From Bacillota bacterium (GTDB taxonomy: Bacteria > Bacillota > JAAYKD01): a DNA stretch of 64,000 bases. The stretch is taken from contig OY762825.2 in NCBI GenBank assembly GCA_963666425.2, positions 96,001-160,000 of the forward strand. Direction: 5' to 3'. A program made the position numbers and the translations under genes. The notes under the pieces were generated by a model that saw only the letters and a list, made by a program, of their open reading frames with translations, was not told where the DNA came from and ran no database searches. Shown here one piece after another: positions 19,232-28,500 of this stretch (its first letter is position 1; each line of letters opens with the position of its first letter).

Positions 19232-20257
19232 ATGAAATTTAAGATCGACCTGAAGAAAATCTCCCGAAAAGGGTTCCTATCACTTTGTCTCATTTTATTG
19301 TGCGCCTGTCTGACTGCCGGTATGTTGTATCAATACCAGATCAAAGACGTCACCTTGAGGGTGGCTGGCGAAGAAAGCAAGGTTTCCACGATGAAATCGA
19401 CCGTGGCAGAACTACTGCAGGAACAGAATATTGTGCTTCGCGAATCGGACCGCGTTCTCCCGGCCGCTGATGAGCGATTAGTTGATGAGATGCTGATTAC
19501 GGTTTATTACAGTGTTCCCTACACGCTGATGGTGGATGGTCTGACAATCAGCGGTCAAACCACCGCAGCAACGGTGCATGACTTATTGTTGGAGGCAGGT
19601 GTGCAAGGCAGCGAATTAGATCTGGTACAGCCGGAAGCAAGCACGCCGCTCAAAGCTAACATGGAGATTCGCGTGACTCGGGTCAGACAGGAGACGGTGA
19701 GCGAAAGTGTCGCATTACCCTTTGGCACGGTCTTGGTTGCCAGCGGTGATCTCTTTGTTGGCCAGCAAAGGGTTACGACAGCGGGCCATGATGGCCTTGC
19801 TATCTGTACTTATCTCGTGACCACGGAGGATGGTACAGAGGTGGCAAGACAGTTGCTGCAGACAGAAGAAAAGCAGGCGATATCAAATCAGATTGTGGAA
19901 TATGGTACACAAACAGAGACACAGCTAGCGAACGGTGATCTGATTTCCTTTTCGCAAGTCGCTTACATGACCAGCACCGGCTATTGCTCTTGTGTTCTCT
20001 GCTGCGGTAAGGAGCCCGGTGATTATGGTTACGGTATTACCGCCAGCGGCCGCGCGCAGGGTTATGGGGTGGTCGGTGTGGATACCAGTACAATTCCATT
20101 CGGTACTCGGCTTTATGTTGAAGGCTATGGTTATGCAGTTGCCGGTGACACCGGCGGCGCCATGGTCCCCAACCATTTGGATCTTGGGTTTGATTCCCAT
20201 GCCGATGCGGTAGCTTGGGCGAAAAGAAATGTTACCGTCTATTTTATCAACAATTAG
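19232..20257 (+). CDS. YabE/RpfB-like cell-wall protein (DUF348 repeats, G5, 3D domain)
   Basis: N-terminal TM; TVAELL repeats; GITASG, VGVD, IPFGTRLYVEGYG, DTGG; upstream TTGACT-16-TATAAT. Confidence 0.88.
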   Translation: MKFKIDLKKISRKGFLSLCLILLCACLTAGMLYQYQIKDVTLRVAGEESKVSTMKSTVAELLQEQNIVLRESDRVLPAADERLVDEMLITVYYSVPYTLMVDGLTISGQTTAATVHDLLLEAGVQGSELDLVQPEASTPLKANMEIRVTRVRQETVSESVALPFGTVLVASGDLFVGQQRVTTAGHDGLAICTYLVTTEDGTEVARQLLQTEEKQAISNQIVEYGTQTETQLANGDLISFSQVAYMTSTGYCSCVLCCGKEPGDYGYGITASGRAQGYGVVGVDTSTIPFGTRLYVEGYGYAVAGDTGGAMVPNHLDLGFDSHADAVAWAKRNVTVYFINN

Positions 20258-20279
20258 TCAATGAGAAGTGGAGGTACCG

Positions 20280-21290
20280 ATGAAAAAAACAATTGCACTG
20301 CTTCTCCTTCTGATGCTTTTTTTGACAGGCTGCAATCGTTCCAGCCAGTTGTCGGGTTCCGCTGACCATGTCTTTGGTGACCAAGTTGCGTTGAGCGGAG
20401 CAGAAGATCCGGAATATCTGCATATCACAGAAACCGCAAAAGTGAAACAAATGATTTCTTATCGACTCTATAGCAATGGCAACCGGTATTGGTATTATCC
20501 GGTGACGGAGGAAACAAACTCTAACCAACCTTTACATCTGCAAGCGGTCAACGCTACCTTAAGGTATCTTTGCCAGGCACTTCAGCTGCCCAATGTGGAG
20601 GTAGCTTCGATTGCAGTCAGAGATAAAATTGCGTATTTGGATTTACCGGATAGTTTCACTGCCGCTTTGCCTTCTTTCAGTGCTGTGAAAAGCGTGGGAG
20701 ACGCCTTGGTCATGACACTGACCGAATTTAAATCGATCAATAAGGTCCAATTTCTGCTGGATGGGCAAAACAGTAATTTTTTATCCCGCAACAGCGCCCA
20801 ATATGAGATCAATTTACCGCTGAGCCGGCCAGAATGGCCCAATGAAGAAACCGTACGGCAGGAAAGCAAAACAGTGGTCTATTGGTTGGTGCCGGAAACG
20901 GACTGTTTGGTACCGATTACGGTTCGTTTACCCAATACAGACGATAGCATCTTGCAGACGCTTGCTATGCTGTTAGAAGGACCGGCAGCTTACGCCAGCT
21001 CCCTGCAAGCTTCTGTCCTCGGTAATCAAGCAGACGTTCCTGTACGGGTAAATATTAGAAGCTTTGCTGTGAAAGACAAGACGGCAATTTTGGATTTGGA
21101 TTTTGGCAAATACAATTTTGCTGGCAATCCGGCACAGTTTGAATTGGCGGTCAAGGCGATCGTTCAAACCCTGACCGAATTTCCCGCCATAGAACAGGTT
21201 CAACTGTTATTAAATGGCGAGCGGACGGCATTGGCCGTAGGGCAAATGAACACCGGAGATCGGTTGGAACGGCTACTTTACTTAAATTAG
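20280..21290 (+). CDS. GerMN-domain lipoprotein (GerM-like)
   Basis: LTGC lipobox; two LTEF..I..VQ.L..G repeats; near rph. Confidence 0.8.
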   Translation: MKKTIALLLLLMLFLTGCNRSSQLSGSADHVFGDQVALSGAEDPEYLHITETAKVKQMISYRLYSNGNRYWYYPVTEETNSNQPLHLQAVNATLRYLCQALQLPNVEVASIAVRDKIAYLDLPDSFTAALPSFSAVKSVGDALVMTLTEFKSINKVQFLLDGQNSNFLSRNSAQYEINLPLSRPEWPNEETVRQESKTVVYWLVPETDCLVPITVRLPNTDDSILQTLAMLLEGPAAYASSLQASVLGNQADVPVRVNIRSFAVKDKTAILDLDFGKYNFAGNPAQFELAVKAIVQTLTEFPAIEQVQLLLNGERTALAVGQMNTGDRLERLLYLN

Positions 21291-21484
21291 CAACGGAGGC
21301 AGACGCTGCCAAACGAATCGGGCAGCAGGGTTTCGGTAATAAGTTAAGGCTTCCATATCCAGCTTTACGGGTGCAGTAATTTTGGATACTGAAAAATTTA
21401 TAGCTAAATTGCGCAAAAACACTGGACTTTTAAAGGGATAAGATGTATAATTCTGTATGGAGATTTTTGGTGAGGTGATTTTTT

Positions 21485-21940
21485 ATGGAAGAAGAACGTG
21501 AATTTACCGAAACAGTCGGAGAACTTGAATGGCTGCTGCGGCATGTCAGTAATGTAATTCGTATCCGAGGCAGAGAGATTTTAGCCGACTTTAATATTAC
21601 GCCACCGCAGCTGACCGCTTTGCAAGTCCTGCAAAAAAACGGTACAATCACCATCGGCGAATTGGGTGAGAAAATGTACCTTGCTTATAGTACAGCTACC
21701 GATTTGATTGACAGGATGGAACGGAACGAACTGGTACTGCGCATTCGCGACGTGGATGACCGACGTGTTGTACGCTTACAGATCCTGCCCAAAGGGGAAA
21801 AATTGGTGGATGAGGTGATTTACCGCCGGAAAGAGTATTTAGCCGAGATTCTGATTGCCGTCAATGAAGAAGATCAGCTGCATCTTTTGAATTCTTTAAA
21901 ACGTTTGGACGAGATCATGGATAAAGATAAGAAAAAGTAA
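21485..21940 (+). CDS. MarR family regulator (YsmB-like)
   Basis: [22 protein letters not shown]. Confidence 0.9.
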   Translation: MEEEREFTETVGELEWLLRHVSNVIRIRGREILADFNITPPQLTALQVLQKNGTITIGELGEKMYLAYSTATDLIDRMERNELVLRIRDVDDRRVVRLQILPKGEKLVDEVIYRRKEYLAEILIAVNEEDQLHLLNSLKRLDEIMDKDKKK

Positions 21941-21963
21941 ACGGAAGGCAGGAATTTCTTACA

Positions 21964-22698
21964 ATGCGCTTCAACGGCAGAAAAGAATGTGAACTACGCC
22001 CGGTATTCATTAAGACCGGCTTTAATATTTATGCAGAAGGTTCTGTACAAATTCAAGTGGAAAATACCATTATTTTGGTGACTGCTACCGTGGAAGAGCA
22101 TGTGCCACCCTTTCTGAAAGGGAGCGGCAAAGGCTGGGTTACTGCCGAATATAATATGCTGCCGAGAGCGACTGCTTCACGCAACCAACGGGAGGGAAGA
22201 CGCGGCAATGGCATTGGCGGCAGAACACAAGAAATTCAACGCTTAATCGGCCGATCCTTAAGAGCTGTCTGTGATTTGGAAGCTTTGGGGGAAAGAACGA
22301 TTACGCTTGATTGTGATGTACTGCAGGCAGATGGCGGAACCCGGACGGCTTCCATTACGGCTGCTTGGCTGGCTCTGGTGATGGCGTGTGATAAATTGGT
22401 GCGAAAAGGAATTCTCCCTTCGATTCCCATTAAAAATTATCTAGCCGCGGTCAGTGTGGGGATGCGAAATCAAGAGATTTTGATGGATTTGTGTTACGAC
22501 GAAGATTCCAACGCGGACGTTGATATGAATGTTGTGATGACCGGCGCCGGTGAATTTGTGGAAATTCAGGGAACCGGTGAAGAAGCTACCTTTAACCGAA
22601 TTCAGATGAACCGCATGCTGGACATGGCGGAAGTTGGCATCCAAAGCTTAATTCAAAAACAAAGAGAAGTCCTGCAAAAAGAAAATATACGCTTTTAG
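21964..22698 (+). CDS. rph: Ribonuclease PH
   Basis: [24 protein letters not shown]. Confidence 0.96.
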   Translation: MRFNGRKECELRPVFIKTGFNIYAEGSVQIQVENTIILVTATVEEHVPPFLKGSGKGWVTAEYNMLPRATASRNQREGRRGNGIGGRTQEIQRLIGRSLRAVCDLEALGERTITLDCDVLQADGGTRTASITAAWLALVMACDKLVRKGILPSIPIKNYLAAVSVGMRNQEILMDLCYDEDSNADVDMNVVMTGAGEFVEIQGTGEEATFNRIQMNRMLDMAEVGIQSLIQKQREVLQKENIRF

Positions 22699-22710
22699 AG
22701 GGAAATATAC

Positions 22711-23322
22711 GTGAGAAAAATACTGTTAGCCACCGGCAACCAAGGTAAAATCCGAGAATTCCGCGTCCTGACTCAAGGTTTGCCAATTGAGTTGCTGACT
22801 GCCAAAGAAATCGGATTTCACGGTGAAATTGAAGAAAATGGTCATACATTTGCTGAAAATGCCATAAAAAAAGCCACAGCAATCGCAGAGTTTTCGAAAG
22901 AATGGACGATCGCGGATGATTCCGGCATTGTGCTGCCTTACCTGGGCGGAGAACCGGGTATTTATTCCGCGCGCTATGCCGGTGAACAGGCCACCGATGC
23001 AGAGAATAATGAAAAACTGCTGATCAATATGCAGCCAGCCGAAGGAGAGCAGAGAACTGCCTATTTCGTAGCAGAAATTGCTTTGCTCAGACCCGGTTTT
23101 CCACCGGAGACGTTTCATGGCGAAACCAAAGGCATACTGCTGCGTTCTTTACAGGGCGATCATGGTTTCGGTTATGACCCTCTCTTCTTTGTTGAGGAAT
23201 ATCAATTGACCTTCGCTCAGCTGCCGATGACCGCGAAAAATGAAATCAGCCATCGCGGCAGAGCAATGGCCTTACTCAAACAGCGTTTATTACAGCTTTT
23301 TCATACAAATGTGATGAATTAA
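22711..23322 (+). CDS. rdgB: RdgB/HAM1 non-canonical purine NTP pyrophosphatase
   Basis: ATGNQGK, ADDSG, PGIYSAR, GFGYDP, SHRGRA. Confidence 0.94.
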   Translation: MRKILLATGNQGKIREFRVLTQGLPIELLTAKEIGFHGEIEENGHTFAENAIKKATAIAEFSKEWTIADDSGIVLPYLGGEPGIYSARYAGEQATDAENNEKLLINMQPAEGEQRTAYFVAEIALLRPGFPPETFHGETKGILLRSLQGDHGFGYDPLFFVEEYQLTFAQLPMTAKNEISHRGRAMALLKQRLLQLFHTNVMN

Positions 23323-23586
23323 GTCAGGTAGAATAGTTCTGTGCAGTGAAATCCGAGCCATTTCCATTTTTCTTATCTTTTTCCTGGGACTGATGTGACT
23401 GCGTATGTCGGAGATGCTGGTATTGTCAGGGTTTCCGATTGTTCTTTGAAATGATAAGAAAAAAATTAAAAACATATACGCACTTTGGGTTTACAAATTC
23501 TCATTGCTGTGTTATATTATTTGAGCCAAGAACTGAAGGCACGTAAAATTCTTAATGATTCACTCTCAGCAGAAGCGAAATGTATT

Positions 23587-23663
23587 CGGGACGTAGCGCA
23601 GTTTGGTAGCGCGTCTGGCTTGGGACCAGAAGGTCGGGGGTTCGAATCCCTTCGTCCCGACCA
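23587..23663 (+). tRNA. tRNA-Pro(TGG)
   Basis: Cloverleaf; anticodon loop CT-TGG-GA; TTCGAAT; encoded CCA. Confidence 0.95.
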
Positions 23664-23691
23664 GTAAAGATGCGCTTTCCATTCAGAACAT

Positions 23692-23767
23692 GCGCTTGTA
23701 GCTCAGGGGATAGAGCAACGGACTTCTAATCCGTGGGCCGTAGGTTCGATTCCTACCAGGCGCACCA
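23692..23767 (+). tRNA. tRNA-Arg(TCT)
   Basis: ACGGA-CT-TCT-AA-TCCGT; TTCGATT; CCA. Confidence 0.95.
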
Positions 23768-23785
23768 TTTATTCCACTCATTTAT

Positions 23786-23863
23786 GGCGGATATAGCTCA
23801 GTTGGTTAGAGCACCAGGTTGTGGCCTTGGGGGTCGTGGGTTCGAGTCCCGTTATCCGCCCCA
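23786..23863 (+). tRNA. tRNA-His(GTG)
   Basis: G-1 and C73; CCAGG-TT-GTG-GC-CTTGG; CCA. Confidence 0.95.
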
Positions 23864-23884
23864 TTTAAACTTTTTTTTTGATAT

Positions 23885-23961
23885 GCGCCCGTAGCTCAGC
23901 TGGATAGAGTAACAGGCTACGAACTTGGTGGTCGGGGGTCCGAATCCCTCCGGGCGCACCA
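23885..23961 (+). tRNA. tRNA-Arg(ACG), atypical T-loop
   Basis: Acceptor GCGCCCG/CGGGCGC; loop CT-ACG-AA; T-loop TCCGAAT instead of TTCGAAT. Confidence 0.88.
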
Positions 23962-23998
23962 AAAAACCGGATTGCTTTGCAAAGCAATCCGGTTTTTT
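23961..23998. terminator. Bidirectional terminator
   Basis: AAAAAACCGGATTGCTTTGCAAAGCAATCCGGTTTTTT, perfect palindrome. Confidence 0.85.
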
Positions 23999-24037
23999 AC
24001 TGTGCTATTGAGGAAAGTAAGAAAGAAAACGCTCTGA

Positions 24038-24499
24038 CTATTGTTTGATGGTATAGTGATCCGTCTGGATTTCTTTGATGATTTCCTGATGCAATCTGCC
24101 GAGCGCGCTCTCTTTTTCCTCGGCGGCTAAGTGAGTGAAGCTTTTGGCTAAATCCTCCACCGTTGATTCTAGGGTCAGCATAAATTGGGTGTAGGCGAAT
24201 TCTCGCTTGCTGTCCGCTTCCTCTGTGCCGTAAACCAAATTGATCAACCCTTCGATCATCTGGTCCATTTGCCAAAGCTTTAAGTGCAGCAATTCGTGAA
24301 TGATCACTTCTTCCGTATTGCTGCGTTTGGGGTTGCAGACATTAAGCATCAAAACCGCATTGTGATTGGCATCATCGATTTTGATATCGCCCGTCTTGCG
24401 CCACTCAACCTCGACCGGCAAGAAGTGCAGATCCCAATCCTGCAGACGTAAAATTCCCTGCCATTTTTGCATACAATTTTGCATTTCTTCTTGATTCAT
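24038..24499 (-). CDS. Hypothetical zincin-like protein (HELLH)
   Basis: HExxH motif with downstream Glu; GAGGTG RBS. Confidence 0.65.
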   Translation of the reverse strand: MNQEEMQNCMQKWQGILRLQDWDLHFLPVEVEWRKTGDIKIDDANHNAVLMLNVCNPKRSNTEEVIIHELLHLKLWQMDQMIEGLINLVYGTEEADSKREFAYTQFMLTLESTVEDLAKSFTHLAAEEKESALGRLHQEIIKEIQTDHYTIKQ

Positions 24500-24672
24500 C
24501 GCTGCCACCTCTGTTTTGTTTTTTTAAACTTTCGCTGCTGCTGCGATTCATTCCTCTTGATGGCTGTATGCTATAAGGAAAAAACACAAAACAAGTTAGT
24601 AACGTTCAATTTGAATGCAAAATCAGCCTTTACGCAGTGGAGAAGCAGAATACAGGTAAATAATGACAAGCC

Positions 24673-24731
24673 ATCCGGCGAAAAAAGGAATTTGTCTCGG
24701 GGATCCAGAATGCTCAAAGAAAACTCTTGAA
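24673..24731 (+). repeat. Imperfect direct repeat copy A, containing a sigmaH-type promoter (24686-24711)
   Basis: ATCCGgCgAAAAAAGGAaTTTGtCTcggggATCCAGAATGCTcAAAGAAAAC aligns with 28320-28380. Confidence 0.65.
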
Positions 24732-24835
24732 AAGATTGCTGCAACTTTTTTCCTGCAAAGGGAAGGTAGGATTGCGGCAGCGCGTGAATTGGCAGTAAAA
24801 TATCCGGATCACCTGTGTAATAAGGAGAGATCAAC

Positions 24836-25759
24836 ATGAAGAAAATAAGTGTGGTAATTCCTTGTCTGAACGAGGAAGAGTCCATTCCACTGTTTTATGA
24901 AGCTTTTTTGAAAGAGACAGCGGGTATGCCGGTTGAATTTGAATTACTGTTTGTTGATGACGGCAGTACGGATCATTCTCTTGAAATCATGAAGGCGCTT
25001 TCAAAAAAGAATGCGAATGTTCACTATCTTAGTTTCTCCAGAAATTTCGGAAAAGAAGCGGTCATGCTGGCCGGAATGGAAGCGGCAAGCGGTGACTATG
25101 TCGCGATCATGGATGTGGATTTACAGGATCCACCCTCACTGCTCAAAGAGATGCTTACCGGCATTGAGCAAGAGGGATATGATTGTGTTGCAAGCAGACG
25201 TGTCACACGAAAAGGAGAACCTAAGCTGCGCAGTTACTTCGCACGCCTGTTTTACAAGTTGGTTAACCTGATCAGCAAAATTGAAATTGTGGATGGAGCC
25301 AGAGATTTTAGGCTGATGACGCGTCAAATGGTCAACGCCGTACTCAGTGTGCGAGAAGTAGGACGATTTTCGAAAGGTATTTTCAGTTGGGTGGGATTCA
25401 AAACAAAGTGGATTGAATATGAAAATGTGAATCGTATCGCAGGCGAAACAAAATGGTCATTTTGGAAATTGTTTCTTTATGCCCTGGATGGTATGATTTG
25501 TTTTACAACAGCACCGCTGGCAATTGCATCTTTTGCGGGAGTTTTATTCTGCGTGATTGCCTTTTTAATGTTGCTGTTCTTCTTTGTAAAAACGATTGTT
25601 TGGGGTGATCCGGTTGCAGGTTTTCCGGCCTTGGTTTGCATTGTTTTATTCCTGGGTGGGATTCAGCTTTTTTGTATTGGCATCTTGGGGCAGTATCTCA
25701 GCAAAACCTATATGGAAACCAAAAGCAGACCGATCTACATTGTGAAGGAACAAAAATGA
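24836..25759 (+). CDS. GT2 polyprenol-phosphate glycosyltransferase (GtrB/CsbB-like)
   Basis: VDDGSTD, FSRNFGKEA, MDVDLQDPP, two C-terminal TMs, RPIYIV. Confidence 0.92.
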   Translation: MKKISVVIPCLNEEESIPLFYEAFLKETAGMPVEFELLFVDDGSTDHSLEIMKALSKKNANVHYLSFSRNFGKEAVMLAGMEAASGDYVAIMDVDLQDPPSLLKEMLTGIEQEGYDCVASRRVTRKGEPKLRSYFARLFYKLVNLISKIEIVDGARDFRLMTRQMVNAVLSVREVGRFSKGIFSWVGFKTKWIEYENVNRIAGETKWSFWKLFLYALDGMICFTTAPLAIASFAGVLFCVIAFLMLLFFFVKTIVWGDPVAGFPALVCIVLFLGGIQLFCIGILGQYLSKTYMETKSRPIYIVKEQK

Positions 25760-26175
25760 TGAAGGGTGCTATAGCGAAATTTATCAAGAAATATAAAGAT
25801 CTCATATTATATCTGTTCTTCGGTGGTCTGACCACATTAATAAATCTGATTATCTACCATATATCATATACTCTGTTTCAAATCCCCAACATTTTATCCA
25901 CTGTCATCGCGTGGATTTTTGCTGTTGTCTTTGCTTATCTGACCAATAAATTATGGGTTTTTCACAGTAAAGCTTTTGATGTTACTACTTTAAAACATGA
26001 AATTCCAACATTTTTTACTGCTCGAATTCTGACGGGAATTCTGGATGTTGGTATTATGTATATCGCTGTTGATGCTCTGCAGAGGAACGCGACCCTGTGG
26101 AAACTAATTTCAAATCTATTGGTTGTGATTTTGAATTATAGCGCAAGTAAATTGGTTATTTTCAAGGAAAAATGA
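25756..26175 (+). CDS. GtrA family flippase
   Basis: YLFFGGLTT, FAYLTNKLWVF, LNYSASKLVIF; ATGA overlap with the gtrB-like gene. Confidence 0.9.
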   Translation: MMKGAIAKFIKKYKDLILYLFFGGLTTLINLIIYHISYTLFQIPNILSTVIAWIFAVVFAYLTNKLWVFHSKAFDVTTLKHEIPTFFTARILTGILDVGIMYIAVDALQRNATLWKLISNLLVVILNYSASKLVIFKEK

Positions 26176-26386
26176 CCAACATAGGGATGTTAAAGCACGG
26201 GAAGAGACTGGTTTGCTTCTGATTCAACGGCTTCCTAATCGTGACGGATATCGTTGTCAAAATGGAAGAAATCAGATGATTCTCTGAGGAAGTGCAAATT
26301 TCAATCATGCCGGGTGGATCATCGAACAGGGAACCATGCCGGAAGCTCAGATCAGCAATAGAAAGCAAGCTACCCGCTGTGATGAT

Positions 26387-27847
26387 TTATCTCACGATTA
26401 AGATCAGATTATAGCGATAATTTTGATAGGCAGTCAGGAAGATTTCACTGCTCTTAAATGAATAAGCGTCATTTTTGAAAGCACTATTGTAGAAATCGAA
26501 ATTCTCAGAGTCGATCAGCCAGATTCTTCCCTGATAATCATTCAGAAAAGAGAGATCTGCAACGGTTGTCATTTGCGGAGCATAAGCTTTAAAAGCGCCC
26601 ACTGCATCCCAATTATCAACATTGTAAAAGTACTGCTCATGATCTGTAAAATGGGTCGCGATCACGGAGCCAATGCCAATATTTGAATAGACGATGATAT
26701 CATTCGGTTGGATCTCTTCTGCTAAATAGTCTATTTGCTTCATATTGCTGGCGGCATAATTTGCTTTGATTAAAGCAAGGTTGTTGTAGACGGATAAGGC
26801 AATCATGATTCCGGCGATAAGGATCACAATTGATTTCTTTTCTTCTTTGGCTAATATGTAACTGAGAGCGAAGATGAACAAGCCGGTAATGGTAAACAAA
26901 TACCTGGCGAATAGAATCGGTGTTTTTAGCGAAAGAATAAAAGCAAAAGCGATCACGGCAAGATAAAGTCCGATGGCCCAGACAGCCCATTTTTTCTCAT
27001 TGCTTTTTTTCATTTTCCAGATACGACAGCCAATATAGAGATACAGAACAATTGCAATCATAAAGGCAATATTTGTGTGAATCACGCTGGCAGTCGCGAG
27101 ATCTCCGCCAAACTGAAAGCTCATGATTTGGATTAATGTCTTAGGGAAGATCAATTCGACCCAGAAACCTTTTTTTAAATCATCCATTTGTTTGAGTAAA
27201 ATGATCAGCCAGGGCAAATAGAGTAAGATTTGAATGGAAGCTGCAATCAGAAAGATCTTAATCTGCTTGATCTGCTTTGCCAGGCAGAGAGTAACAAAGA
27301 GTACTACGTTGATAATTCCAACCGCTAATAAACCATAATAATGGGTATAAGCGCTTGCTAAACTAAATAATGTAAACAGGCACCAGTTTCGATTGGTGCT
27401 TGTTTTTAAGATCCTGTAAGCATAAATAAAGGCAAGCGTGACAAAAACCATGGTCCAGGAGTACATTCTTATTTCATTGGCATAGATGCACATGATCGGC
27501 AGAAAAAATGCCAAAAAAGAAAATGCTAAGCCGGCTTTTTCTCCCAGATCTTTTCGAATATGAGTGTAACCCAGGGAGGCAAACAAAGCGATTCCAAGCA
27601 TAGAGAAGATTCTGTAAACAAGGATGTTCGTTCCAAAAATCAGATAGAGGACTCTTAACATCCAGTAATACAGGGGAGGATGCACATCGTTCGCCGTGAT
27701 TGACCAAATTTCACTAAAACTGTGACTTGCCAGAGATACTGAAAACGTTTCATCGAACCATAGATTGGTATGGAAAATACTGGCTGTAATATAGATCGTT
27801 CCCAGAACGATTAATATAAGGTGAATTTTCTTTACGGATTTCAACAT
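26387..27847 (-). CDS. GT-C fold integral membrane glycosyltransferase (GT39/PMT-like)
   Basis: LWFDE, DVHPPLYY, EIRMYS, YTHYY; many TMs. Confidence 0.85.
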   Translation of the reverse strand: MLKSVKKIHLILIVLGTIYITASIFHTNLWFDETFSVSLASHSFSEIWSITANDVHPPLYYWMLRVLYLIFGTNILVYRIFSMLGIALFASLGYTHIRKDLGEKAGLAFSFLAFFLPIMCIYANEIRMYSWTMVFVTLAFIYAYRILKTSTNRNWCLFTLFSLASAYTHYYGLLAVGIINVVLFVTLCLAKQIKQIKIFLIAASIQILLYLPWLIILLKQMDDLKKGFWVELIFPKTLIQIMSFQFGGDLATASVIHTNIAFMIAIVLYLYIGCRIWKMKKSNEKKWAVWAIGLYLAVIAFAFILSLKTPILFARYLFTITGLFIFALSYILAKEEKKSIVILIAGIMIALSVYNNLALIKANYAASNMKQIDYLAEEIQPNDIIVYSNIGIGSVIATHFTDHEQYFYNVDNWDAVGAFKAYAPQMTTVADLSFLNDYQGRIWLIDSENFDFYNSAFKNDAYSFKSSEIFLTAYQNYRYNLILIVR

Positions 27848-28319
27848 CTTTACCCCCTAAATGTTTGGTCATCGTCAATTTGTCAACTGCCCGAGACTTG
27901 ACAGTAATCTCTCTGGAAAGCAACAAAAAGTGATCCATTTTGTAGATCTTCTTAAGCCAATTGCAGGGCTGCCGACTTCTGGTAGCCGTCTGACAATGCT
28001 TTTATTTTACACTAAAGCAAGAGAAATGCAACAAAAAAAGGAAAATATCCTGGATGTACGGAAAGCATTCCATACAGAAATACTCACGTAAATAAGCTGA
28101 TGCCTCAGTCTTAACTATCTTCAGCCAGTCCTAATACCTGCAAGATGAGGAGAAGAAATTCTTGCGACCCTGATCATGTTTTTGACTGCGGCGAGGATAC
28201 TTTCTTTTGGCTTCCTGCTACGGAAGATAGGGCATGATCCGGTAAAAAGTCACTGCGGCCAATAAATTTTAGCTGTACGGTGCGGAAGCTCCCTTTTTGT
28301 GCAGAAATATTGCGAATTT

Positions 28320-28380
28320 ATCCGACTAAAAAAAGGATTTTGCCTAAATCATCCAGAATGCTGAAAGAAAACAATTTGAA
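28320..28380 (+). repeat. Imperfect direct repeat copy B, containing a sigmaH-type promoter (28334-28359) upstream of comM
   Basis: ATCCGaCtAAAAAAAGGAtTTTGcCTaaatcATCCAGAATGCTgAAAGAAAAC. Confidence 0.65.
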
Positions 28381-28500
28381 TCTTCTTTTTAGAGCGGTGA
28401 TAGCGATTACCTCGTAACTGCCGACGATTGATAGACTGTCGTTTTTCACTGCTCGCTGATGGGCTCTTTGCTTTGCTTGGAAAGGGGGGGTATGGTAAAG

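Noticed and set aside
28484-28490. G7 tract in the comM RBS as a phase-variation switch
   Set aside because: The tract is short and explained by the Shine-Dalgarno sequence; no evidence of length variation is available
27848-28500. attR-type duplicate of a tRNA 3' end bounding the Gtr cassette
   Set aside because: No copy of any tRNA T-arm or acceptor sequence seen; no integrase
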